From Neoechinorhynchus agilis (lineage: Eukaryota > Animalia > Acanthocephala), in NCBI GenBank assembly GCA_051530055.1, contig JBMGUZ010000059.1, forward strand, positions 1-17,157: 17,157 nucleotides of DNA, read 5' to 3'. Position 1 is the first letter of the stretch. Each line of letters starts with the position of its first letter. A program made the position numbers and the translations under genes. The notes below the pieces were generated by a model that had not been told where the DNA came from, did not search any database, and saw only the letters and a list, made by a program, of their open reading frames with translations. This document shows positions 1-9,128 of this stretch, in pieces.

Positions 1-327
1 GGTTTTATTAGTCAATGTGAAATACACGGAAACTATGTTTAAGTGTGATAATTGGACTTGGTGATGATGAGAATATCAGCTTTTTTTGAAGTCATTTGAG
101 TCCATTACCCTCATATAAAAAGACTACTTTCGGTCTTTCTTGGAGTGGATATGCTGTCTATAGTTTGTTTTGATGAGGGCGAGATAAATGCGTGGGAAAA
201 CGGGTTTAGATAGTAGAAAACTTACAAGTAATTTTGAACAAGTCCCACGCGTATTCCTAAGAAACATATTTCTGACGAATTTAAAAAAAAACCCAATATC
301 GTCGATGTGGATACAATGTCAAGATGC

Positions 328-556
328 TAGTGGACTCTTCGGGGAGACACAGTGGACGATTTCCAAGGCCATTTTGTCCCTTTCGGTGTGGAAACGTACC
401 TTGGGAGGGTCGGCACTAGCCCTCCTGAAGGACTTGGGGAAACGAATTTACGCAGCGACTGGAGAGCCAAGATCGACGTCCTTCTTGGCGCAAAAAATAA
501 GCATTGCGGTGCAGCGGGGCAATGCGGCTAGCATTTTGGCCAGCGCCGATGAATAG
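328..556 (+). mobile_element. 3' end of a CRE-like non-LTR retrotransposon (REL endonuclease C-terminus), deleted and frameshifted
   Basis: Encodes VDSSGRH/SGRFPR, then HFVPFGVET, frameshift, SALALLKDLGKRIYAATGEPRSTSFLAQKISIAVQRGNAASIL. The last stretch is the typical C-terminus of CRE-clade REL domains. Confidence 0.8.
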
Positions 557-889
557 GAGCGTTGATGAAAGTATAAATTAGTTTGTAATCAAACAATAAC
601 ATTTCGTTTTAAAAATTGCTTCAGATTTTTCAAAAAAAATTAGATTCTTATTGGAAGAGGATGGATTCAGTTCTTGATATTGATAATTGGTTTCTTTGTG
701 AGAAACGCCCGTCAAGTTTGCTTTAACCGTCATGCTAACAATCGCATGAGTAAGATTTACCCGTTGAAGATAGTTTACAACAAAGCATAAATATGCCAAG
801 ATTGCGATCATCAACCGGGTTATAATAACAACACGTTTTATTTATTTATTTTGCTTAAGAAGAGGACCGGATACTCGTGATCATTTTAG

Positions 890-926
890 AGTGGATTACG
901 GATCCGGTTTGGATGACTGATCCGGA
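890..926 (-). repeat. Two-unit copy of the 18-bp minisatellite
   Basis: Reverse complement tccggatcagtcatccaaa-ccggatccgtaatccact matches unit variants of the 10185-11111 array. Confidence 0.92.
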
Positions 927-2022
927 CTGTGTTTAGGAGTTCATCTTTGGGCGATTTCGTTGCTTTTGTTATGCGTTCATCATTCGTCTTCAATGGATTT
1001 CACTGAGCCGATGATTACTTTTCATATTGACGCTGCAAATCCTAAGCTCTGCTCTAGGCCGTAGGTTTCCACTAGAATTGCACTTGTCACATTGGTTGAG
1101 TGACTGGAAAGCTCGAGAACTTCGTTCTGTCAAACATAACTGACCGGACCATTGACACAAACTGAACCAAATTTTAGCCACAAAGAATATATCAAGGTCT
1201 TTAATTAACATGTTCATTGAATCATAAGATAACCATTTTATTTTCATTATATTTGGTAAAAATTTATAAAACATGTTAAGTCTCTGCTCCGGTTGTCTTC
1301 CTCTTGCAAAAAAGTAAATGGTACTAAAAGTAAGAGTCTCAACTACGTTAACGATGAATCGTTGGTTTAATCCCTATCACTTGACGACCCTCTTGACCAC
1401 GCATTTGACTCTTTTAAAAACACTTTGGATCCTTTCCAAATCAATTCGCATTTGACAGATTGAGCGGTTGGAGAATCGTCAGAGCGTATGATATGGCGCG
1501 TAGACTACTGGGATTTGGAATTAACTTTATTTCTCGTGAAAAATACGGAAGCCAATCCCCTTCACATATCTTTTGCATTTTTAATTAAAACAACGCTTTA
1601 GAAAGGCCAATTAATTCTTTGGGTTCACTCGAATACGGACTTTTGCTGATAAATACCGTGATTTGCCGGAAAGCAAATCGAGTTGTTTACAAAACATTTC
1701 AATGTTACGCTCTAATTATTTGTTTATGTTCCGCCAATTTTCCCGATTGATGGGTTCTTAGACTCACAATCTCTCGCCGATGCATTTTTATAATCCTTAT
1801 TTGGTGCTATATCCGCCTTCAATGACAAACGTTACGATGTCGGAGGTCCTTACTCATCCGAGATCATACTTCCATCCTTGTGATCAACAATATTCATTTC
1901 AAGCGATGCCACAATTTAATTACAAAATCCAAGAGAATCAACAAAACAATTTTGAGCCAAGAGTCTTCAATGGGTTCGTGAATTCCAGTCTCATTGGACT
2001 TTGTTTGCAGTTCTATAAGGGT

Positions 2023-2595
2023 TTATTCGTCGATCTTTTGAAAAAGGAGGAACTTTGCATACATTATCTCCTTGAAGTTGCTCACAATTCTCGAATACTC
2101 GGTACGGCGGAAGGTAATAAAAATGCGGAAATTATTACAAAATACGTCAACGACTACTGCGATCGGAGCGCAAATCGCTTTAATGAAAATAATGGCGAGC
2201 AACCAAGACGAAAAAAGCACCACAGTAGAAGACGCAATAGACAAGGACGGTAGACCGAGAGTGGAAATTGAACGAATTACGGTAATCGATAGGCGTGATC
2301 GTTTCATAATTTTTCTAAAATAAAGCATAGTCGCAATTTGAGTATGAATGGCGGTACCATGTTGAAACATTTCGCAGACGACTCGGATGCTCGAATCAAG
2401 TAAGCATTGCACATGAGTATCTCGGCTCATCAAGTGAGATAAAAATTGAAATCGGTAAGCGTTAACTAGGGAAAATGACACATAAAAATCAAAGGTTAAT
2501 ATATCCTCCGCCAATTTCTTGTTCATGACTGTTGTGCCGATGACTTTGCGAATCGTGCTCGCTACTTTATCGCCGTCAAAGTATAAAAAGTGCAA
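2023..2595 (-). CDS. Unrecognised 190-aa ORF inside the left arm (broken by two 2-nt insertions in the right arm)
   Basis: ORF track only, no family motif recognised. It may be a fragment or a chance frame. Confidence 0.2.
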   Translation of the reverse strand: MHFLYFDGDKVASTIRKVIGTTVMNKKLAEDILTFDFYVSFSLVNAYRFQFLSHLMSRDTHVQCLLDSSIRVVCEMFQHGTAIHTQIATMLYFRKIMKRSRLSITVIRSISTLGLPSLSIASSTVVLFSSWLLAIIFIKAICAPIAVVVDVFCNNFRIFITFRRTEYSRIVSNFKEIMYAKFLLFQKIDE

Positions 2596-2769
2596 TCCTT
2601 TTCGTTGTTTTTAAGAGAATTGTATCGACTTTAATGACACTTACGACTAATCGATCACTTTTTGTCTCGTTTATGATGTCGGATCTTTCTTGATTTCCTT
2701 ATTGTTCTAAACAGTTTAAGCTTTTGGCTTTAAAACTCGTTTGTCGCTTTTACTCAGTGGTCGATATTA

Positions 2770-2854
2770 TGCATATTGGCCGAAAATGGAGGATGCAATC
2801 AAAAGCAAGATAGGAACTTGTTCGATGTGTCAAGGGAATCAACCGAATCAACCG
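2770..2854 (+). mobile_element. Gypsy integrase N-terminal zinc-binding fragment
   Basis: YWPKMEDAIKSKIGTCSMCQGNQPNQP fits the integrase ZBD pattern YWPxM..I...(V/I)..C..CQ..Q of Ty3/Gypsy pol. Confidence 0.85.
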
Positions 2855-2912
2855 TTGGGCCAGCGAGGTCCACGCGTACACGCTTCCATGGATTCGTTGG
2901 CCAATCCCAACT
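2855..2912 (-). mobile_element. Gypsy integrase core start (inverted relative to the ZBD piece)
   Basis: Minus strand reads SWDWPTNPWKRVRVDLAGP, the W.WP..PW.R.H.D.AGP motif that normally follows the ZBD. Confidence 0.85.
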
Positions 2913-2914
2913 CC

Positions 2915-3425
2915 CACTGCTCGAAGCTTCAACTTAGCTTTGGTGAACCTAATTGTGACCATAATTTCTCTGATATTATCGATATAGCCGCACCCGTATC
3001 GTACTCCATTGTCACGAATCGTCCATTTACTTCCAGGCTGATGCTTTTTGCTACCGCATGTATTGATCCTTCCATATCCTCAATATTGTCAATCGTAATA
3101 TCGTCCTCCATGGAACCATTGATTTTACCCAATGATCTTTTTCGATTTCGGCAACAACGCCTGATATGTCCTTTTTGATTGCAACCATAACATTTCACAT
3201 CTCTTGCCAAACATTCCCAAGGTTTCATGTGCGTAAAGCTTCCGCATCTTTCACAATTCGCGTTCGTATTTTGAACCCTCGAGCTTCGATTTCCTGTTCT
3301 GGTCCTCACGATTCGATCGACATTCGATTCCTCCCAAGCTCTTGTATCACTCCTTTCGTCCTCTGAGCTATCTAAAATGTCGTGGCTACCTTTAACACTT
3401 GCTCAAATGTTGGGTACCTCAATGT
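2915..3425 (-). mobile_element. Gypsy gag C-terminus with two zinc knuckles plus aspartic protease; RT and RNase H deleted
   Basis: PTFEQVLKVA, CERCGSFTHMKPWEC, CYGCNQKGHIRRCC (CX2CX4HX4C), MEYDTGAAISII (DTG catalytic motif), WSQLGSPKL. It is joined directly to the integrase core piece. Confidence 0.9.
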
Positions 3426-3610
3426 TGATGTTCTCTTCATTAACTGTCCACTGTATGTGGGGATCTTGACTGTTAAGTTCAGCATTTAGTGAATCTCTGT
3501 TGTTGTTAGAATCAGTCAGAATGAATACATCGTCCACATAACGCCACCACCGATTTACATGACTATGAAGCTCAGAGATAGTAGACTCCCAATCTCGTAT
3601 GTAGATGTTG
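3205..3610 (+). repeat. 406-bp direct duplication, copy 1 (partner 16256-16661)
   Basis: tgccaaacattccc...gtagatgttg recurs at offset 13051 with only about 5 mismatches counted by eye. Confidence 0.97.
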
Positions 3611-3640
3611 CCCAAGGTTGGGGCTAGGGCGCTAATCCGA
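3430..3640 (-). mobile_element. Penelope-like element reverse transcriptase fragment
   Basis: SALAPTLGNIYIRDWE...WWRYVDDVFIL...LNSQDPHIQWTVNEE matches PLE RT motifs (GS..SP.LANIY, W.RYVDD, LNS...I.FT.E.E). Confidence 0.85.
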
Positions 3641-3830
3641 AACTACCATTTTGTCCCCTTCCGTGTGGAAACGTACCTTGGTAGGGTCGGCACTAGCCCT
3701 CTTGGAGGACTTGGGGAAACGAATCAACGCGGCGACCTGAGAGCCAAGATCGACTTCGTTCCTAGCCCAAAAAATAAGCAGTGCGGTGCATCGGGTCACC
3801 ACCATTTTTGCCAGCGCCGATGAATATAAG
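3641..3830 (+). mobile_element. Third, diverged copy of the CRE-like 3' end
   Basis: NYHFVPFRVET...SALALLEDLGKRINAAT*EPRSTSFLAQKIS. About 85-88% identical to 370-553 by eye. Confidence 0.85.
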
Positions 3831-3929
3831 CGGAGAGGTTGTAAACAATGCATAGATAAATTGTATACAAATAAATTTATGATTGAACAATTTTATAGAA
3901 TTGTAGATGTTATAATCCCAGTTATCCCA

Positions 3930-4335
3930 GAAGAGCAAGCGAGATGATTTCTGGCGTTGAGGTGCGATGATGGGAGTGATAAAGGCAGAAGAGCTATCAA
4001 AGTTTGCGGCGGGGGAATGGAGTTTAGAGGCCAACGAGTAGGCGTCGATATTAGTGATTACATTGTCGAGGAGAGCGTTAAGAAGTGTTGAAAAGTCAGT
4101 TAATTGACTCAACTCGGAGAAGAGTGAGAGAGGAAATAGTATATTGAAGTCCTCTCCAGTCAGAAAATGGTGTGAATTTGCCGAGTTTATTAGCTCCATC
4201 ATCAATTGCAGTTGACATAAAGAGGACTCAGGAAGAGAGGTAGGAGGGCGGTAGACGCCAGCAATAGTGAATTCTCCAAGACCATTTCTTAGGGGGCCTA
4301 TGAAAGATGAAGAGTGTGGTAGTGATTACTGTACG
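3930..4335 (-). mobile_element. AP-endonuclease fragment of a non-LTR retrotransposon
   Basis: In-frame FTIAGVYRPP...HHFLTGEDFNI contains the YRPP and (G)GDFN motifs of the APE/EEP domain. Confidence 0.75.
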
Positions 4336-4349
4336 AAAATTGAGAACTC

Positions 4350-4775
4350 CTTCCTGGACTTTCCGCCACGGGCGTGGCACTTTTAGGCATCGAGAACGCG
4401 TTACTTTGATTGATTGCTGCTAGCGAATCGGCGCATGTGGCGTCCGAGACTATGCATTTTCTATACTGCAAAGGGAAAATTATAATCCCCTCTGGTCGCT
4501 TGCCATCAGATCGGAATAGATGCCCGGGTTCGAGGATATTATGGGCGTGGGCGGAGTCCAAGGCGCTGCTGATGATAGAGCGTTAAGCTCTTTGTGCTAA
4601 GTGAAACGCCCGGTAACTTGACCGTTTGCACACACGGGCATAGTTTTGGCACATTTTGCCTCAGTGAAACAGCGATCAGCAAAGTGCACTTGATGCTGAT
4701 CAGAACAACGTTCATCAGGACTCCTTCGACCCGCTCGCCATTAGTCGTGATCTAACCGACTGCCAGTGGCCATTT
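4350..4775 (-). mobile_element. CRE-like RT-thumb, zinc-knuckle and REL endonuclease fragments
   Basis: VRSRLMASGSKES; GRFT*HKELN; ALDSAHAHNILEPGHLFRSDGKRPEG...KCIVSDATCADSLA...SATPVAE (R(P)DG and WD.TC.D.LA type REL motifs). Confidence 0.8.
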
Positions 4776-4789
4776 ATTGGAGCTTTTTC

Positions 4790-5030
4790 TTGTTCCGTGT
4801 ACCGGGGCGATTGGTTTGGTCGTGCTTGAAAAGAAAGCTGTGCCCTGAAAAGCATGTTCAGGCGATTCAGGATATGTACGACAAAAGCGAAACATCGGCT
4901 GGATAGAATCGAAAGCAAATATATGCGAGGATCTGCTCATGTGGACAAAATCGGTGACTTGGTTTCTGCGAACAACATTCAAGATTCTACGAACACAAAA
5001 GGACAGGATCCCAACCAACTGGAGCAAGAA
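4790..5030 (+). mobile_element. RTE-clade RT fragments in non-native order
   Basis: RVPGRLVWSCLKRKLCPEKHVQAIQDMYD (RT middle), then DRIESKYMRGSAHVDKIGD (C-terminal), then SVTWFL..TFKIL....IPTNWSK (RT N-terminal). Confidence 0.7.
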
Positions 5031-5139
5031 GCTGCGAACTACGAAGGCGAAGACGACCCAAGAAGCGTTAGGAGGACTGTCTCCCAAAATCAGTGACCGC
5101 GTGAGGATATTGAAGCAACTCAGAATAGGGAGATGCTTA

Positions 5140-5225
5140 AGAAAGTGTGTGAGAACCTGGTCCAGGCGCAGCTTCGATTCTCTAAGGTCCACGTGTACGG
5201 TGTCTAACCAGCGCTTCTTCGCGAA
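5140..5225 (-). mobile_element. RTE-clade extreme C-terminal fragment
   Basis: KKRWLDTVHVDLRESKLRLDQV matches the GRPKKRW.D....DL motif that ends RTE ORFs. Confidence 0.65.
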
Positions 5226-5939
5226 TTGAGACTTTACAGTATGTACGACTGTAATAAACCTTAAATCTTTAACTTCCTTTCCTGATCTTGCTAAGAGCAA
5301 AGGAAAGGACGAGTGATGTTTCTGCCTTGCCAAATTAGCGAAGATTTAGAAATGGACGAACAATCACAGGAAGTTGGCCGGAGGTTTACAAGATCTGATC
5401 ACAAAGATGGAATCTGATTTGCGATGAACCTGAAATTGGGACTGTGGAGAGAAGGTGAACCCTAGGCAATTCCTCGCTTTTTAGACGGTCTCACTCAGAT
5501 ATTGCTTTCTCAGTTTTTATTGTAAATATCATCACAACTTTAATTTAAACTGTAAAGATATCAAAGCACCGTACTTCAAGATTGATTGTTAGTTCTCAAC
5601 ATAACTCATTCGTACTTCGATTTGATACCTCCAAGCAACGTGCTTCCATTCGCTTCGAAGATGAGAAACTAAGAAGTCTCCTAATGCTTCCACTCGCTTC
5701 TTATGACTTTTATTAATATTCCCGGCTTGACAACGAGCTTCTTCAAAGACTTGTTGCACTGGTGAATATATCTCAAGGATGACATTCAATTCACGATACA
5801 ATCCATGCATCGAATTCATTTCCATTCACCGGAACTTTGATTTGACCGACGTCGAATTGCTCCGGGTATTGAAGCAGATTGAGGTCCTCGATTGACTCTT
5901 ATCCATGCGGATTTAACAGCTTGAAGCAGTGGAATATGC

Positions 5940-6400
5940 TAAATACCAAGGCTCCTTTGCTGGGCATTAGAATCCAGAATGAACAGATTCAGTATGGCAC
6001 GTATCGAAGCTTTGCTCACAACTTCAATCGACAGTTGAGAATGTTATGCAGGAAGCAAGTTAAAAACTTAAATTTAAATTGAACATCGTTCCTATCCATG
6101 AGATATCCGAACATCGTTCCCTCGGGCAGGTTTCGGGAAGCGTATTATTGGGATTCATATTGGACCGCAAAAGGTGCGTTGCGGAATGGTCGACACTGTT
6201 AAAGATATTATTTTAAATATGTTCGACGTGATCAAATACGGGTTCGTTCCTAATGGCGGGCGAGTTTATTACACAACTCGATCACAACCACCCGTCTTTA
6301 CTATAAAAGGACAAAAGATAAAGAATTTGTTCGAAGCGGTATCGGAACGATGGAAAAGTTCGATTTTCCGGTTCGGAACCGGATTGTGAGAATAAGTCGT
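5940..6400 (+). pseudogene. TREH: Trehalase (GH37) pseudogene fragment, copy 1
   Basis: YRSFAHNFN..LCRK...YPNIVPSGRFREAYYWDSYWTAKG, frameshift, GMVDTVK...KYGFVPNGGRVYYTTRSQPP...EKFDF.VRNR. It has an in-frame stop and a frameshift, and no intron is visible. Confidence 0.92.
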
Positions 6401-6619
6401 AGGATTTGTTCGGATTTAACTGTTAGGGAAAACAATACTCAATATAAACCGATGGAAAATGCAAACTAATACTCAAGTCCTTGAAATTTGTTTCTAGCAG
6501 ATTAACGTATATCACAGCCATTCCAAAGGGAGATTGGGCTCTCCGACAAACTTAAAATACTAAAACTAAACTATATCAGTCGCAGAGTCTTGAAAATGGG
6601 TTCCTTGGTAAGAGACAAA

Positions 6620-7330
6620 AATACAAACAGAACAGTAAATTCTTTTCTATAAATTTCGAACAAGGAATTCTGAGAATGAGAGCGACCATCGTAAGTTAAA
6701 AGATTCCACCCTCTAACTATACTCAATACCGGTTCCTTACCCAGAAGTCGTACTATTTCTCCGTTGGTCCGATGCCGATTCTTCAAATCCTTTAATGTCC
6801 TTTCATAGAAATCGTTCACCATTAAAGTAAATACGGACGGTTGCGATCGAGTTATGTAGTAAACGCGACCGCATTCGGGAACGAATCCATATTTAATCGG
6901 ACTATCGAACATATTTGAAATCATATCCTTCACTGTATCTTCCATTCCGCACCGCACATTTGGCGGTCCACTACAAGTCCCAATAATAAACTTACTGAAT
7001 GCTCCCTCCTGGAAAACGGTTTAGATATTTCATTGGGAGAAACGATATCCAATCTAAATTTATATTCTCAACTTGCGCCCCGCACAATCGATTATTGACA
7101 TCAAAACAGCAGAAATTATATCGCACTCAACATTGAAAGCCTCCTGTAGTTTGTAGAAGGAGTATTAATGGCATTGATATTATCAATCAAGAAGATAAAG
7201 ACGCTGAATTAAATGCCTGATGATCGCGTCCACTGCTGCTTCACCAGCATACAAAAAGTGGACGATTTTGCAGGTTTGAATCATTGGTGCAAACATGTAG
7301 ATGTGAATTTTAAAACTAATTTGCAACATG
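6620..7330 (-). pseudogene. TREH: Trehalase (GH37) pseudogene fragment, copy 2, convergent with copy 1
   Basis: PGG...VYYWDL*WTAK, frameshift, GMEDTVK...KYGFVPECGRVYYITRSQPSVF...K*YDFWVRNR. A possible N-terminal IY...VD spacing lies near 7220-7300 (weaker). Confidence 0.88.
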
Positions 7331-7347
7331 GCAACTGCGACCATATT

Positions 7348-7387
7348 AAAAAATCGATATGCATTTAAAAAAATCGATATGCATTAA
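7348..7387. repeat. 20-bp tandem duplication
   Basis: aaaaaatcgatatgcattta followed by aaaaaatcgatatgcattaa. Confidence 0.9.
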
Positions 7388-7624
7388 AAATGTCAACTAC
7401 GTCAATCGCAATGTTTTCGTAACCTGTTGAGGGGGAAGTTCTCAATCACATTCGGTACTGAAAAAGCAATAACTTGCTCGAAATCCAGACCAAAGGGTCT
7501 CATAGTTTGGTAAACTCCATTGGAGAAATGGTCTCACTCCTCGAATATTTCCAAGTGGATTCAAAGAGGATCCTATATTGGGAGTACCTTGTTCGTTATC
7601 ACTGATCCTTTAATCATAATGTAA

Positions 7625-8690
7625 AACGGGACGACCCTGAAGTACACAGTACATCTTCGCTTCAGATAAAAAATAAAAGCTTAAACTAATGAAGTCGATC
7701 ATCGACAACAACATCAAAGTTTCTTGGTCAGAAAAATGACCCCGGCATCGTGCACGAGAACTGCTCATACTAATCGACGTTCGGGGTTTTGCGGATCTTG
7801 TTGAACCGAGGACACCATCGGTGGATGCAACGCACTGCTGTTCGACGAAAAGACTCCTCGGCTCTATTATAGTATTGTAATGTTCGAAATCCATTATCAA
7901 GGACTGCATTCGGGATAACATCTCTTGTTATCGTTATTTTAACCAGTGCCTCATAATCATCACCGCTCCCTGGAAACATTGGCCTATAAACCGCGAGTTC
8001 CCCGATGGTGCAACCAAGGCTCAACGCGATGGGTAAACCCACGATCATTTCCGCAGCAAGATAGTACGAAGTTTGGAGGTATTCATAAGGAGACTCTTGG
8101 TTTCGCAGTTGTACGGCAGGACCAAAATCAATGAGTTGTTAATTGTTCAGGTGTACCCAGAAAACTGACCATCATAATGTTCCTTGGTTTCACATCTCCA
8201 TGAACAATGTTCAAATCTTTTAACTTCTCTAAAGCTCGCAATATTTGGTATCTCAATCAGAGAACAATCGATTTATTTGCATTTGTCCAAATGTGTTCAA
8301 AAACACATGAAGGTCCATTTCGTAATGTTCAAAAATCATGCACCGATTATCACAGCAATTGAACATTCCGAGGGAAACTGCGATATTGGCTCGTTCTCCT
8401 TCGATTTCTTTTATTGCCTTAAACTCTTTAAGATTTTAACTGCAAGGTTGCGGTTGGATTTCCTCTGTTTGCATTTAATGATTTTACCCGAAGCTGCCGA
8501 ACGAAGGGAGATGAGTTTTAAAAAACCCGATTGTATTCTCGATTCGAATTGCATCCGTCTCCGACGATGGAAAGTAACCAGGGTGGTGTCAAGTTCATTT
8601 CGCTCACTTTGACGATTCTCTACGTTCTTCGAATCTAAAATATTCTGATCAGACTTCTCGTCTTGTTCGTTATCAGTTGTACAATGCCTT
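7625..8690 (-). pseudogene. CMGC kinase pseudogene, HIPK/DYRK-like
   Basis: GKIIKC...LAVKILK; CMIFEHYEMDL; YQILRALEKLKDLNIVHGDVKPRNIMMV; LIDFGPA; YLQTSYYLAAEMIVGLP; SLGCTIGEL..RPMFPG; VLDNGFRTLQYYNR. Motif order matches HIPK. Stop at ~8411, frameshifts and small deletions are present; no intron is visible. Confidence 0.88.
8547..8584 (+). repeat. 38-bp exact direct repeat, copy 1 (copy 2 at 9091-9128)
   Basis: aattgcatccgtctccgacgatggaaagtaaccagggt occurs twice with unrelated flanks. Confidence 0.95.
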
Positions 8691-9090
8691 TTCTAATGGT
8701 TTGGTTTCTGTTCGTTTTATTGTCCATCTACAAGTATAAGAATCTTAAAAACTGAACGAATCCAACATCATAAAGTGTCGGCTCCTTTCTCACTTGATTT
8801 ATACGCGATCGCCCCTTGGAAGCATCATTATTCCCATTTATAATTGGAACAATAAAAGTAATCTGCTCTGAGATTTATACACAAGTGAACTACTTTATTT
8901 GGTTATTCTTCTAATGTGACTTATTTACTATCGCCTTTTCAATCTAATGCTTTAAATGAAGAAGAGTCAGTTCTTGTAAAGTCGTTTAGCGCGGAGGGAA
9001 AGCATTTCGGACTCCTATCCTCATCTCCATCATCATATAGAAGATTAAAAATTGTAGAAACTGCGAAAGGATAAGAGAACAATATAAAAT

Positions 9091-9128
9091 AATTGCATCC
9101 GTCTCCGACGATGGAAAGTAACCAGGGT
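9091..9128 (+). repeat. 38-bp exact direct repeat, copy 2
   Basis: Identical to 8547-8584. Confidence 0.95.

Larger units (their letters stand above)
328..2912 (+). repeat. Left arm of a large inverted duplication (partner 11134-13970)
   Basis: tagtggactc at 328 is the reverse complement of gagtccacta ending at 13970. Complementarity continues to ~2912/11134. The ORF track shows near-identical ORF pairs on opposite strands (1780+/11796-, 578-/13484+, 990-/12775+). Confidence 0.97.

Noticed and set aside
1-327. Coding relic at the window start
   Set aside because: All plus-strand frames are broken and no motif was recognised.
578-814. Secreted small protein (hydrophobic N-terminus, 78 aa)
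   Set aside because: Short AT-rich ORF with no recognisable motif; its duplicate is not independent evidence.
1780-2253. 157-aa ORF conserved in both arms as a functional gene
   Set aside because: Conservation (1 aa difference) only reflects the recent duplication. No motif was recognised and it overlaps other ORFs, so it is unsupported rather than disproved.
4752-5333. 193-aa minus-strand ORF as one protein
   Set aside because: Only KKRWLD..DL is recognisable; the rest is antisense to RTE fragments, so the ORF is a chance fusion.
7217-7264. Hammerhead ribozyme at CTGATGA plus cgtccact/agtggacg stem
   Set aside because: The stem is followed by GATT rather than GAAA, and the site lies antisense to trehalase relic 2.
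8184-8612. 142-aa plus-strand ORF
   Set aside because: Antisense shadow of the kinase pseudogene.
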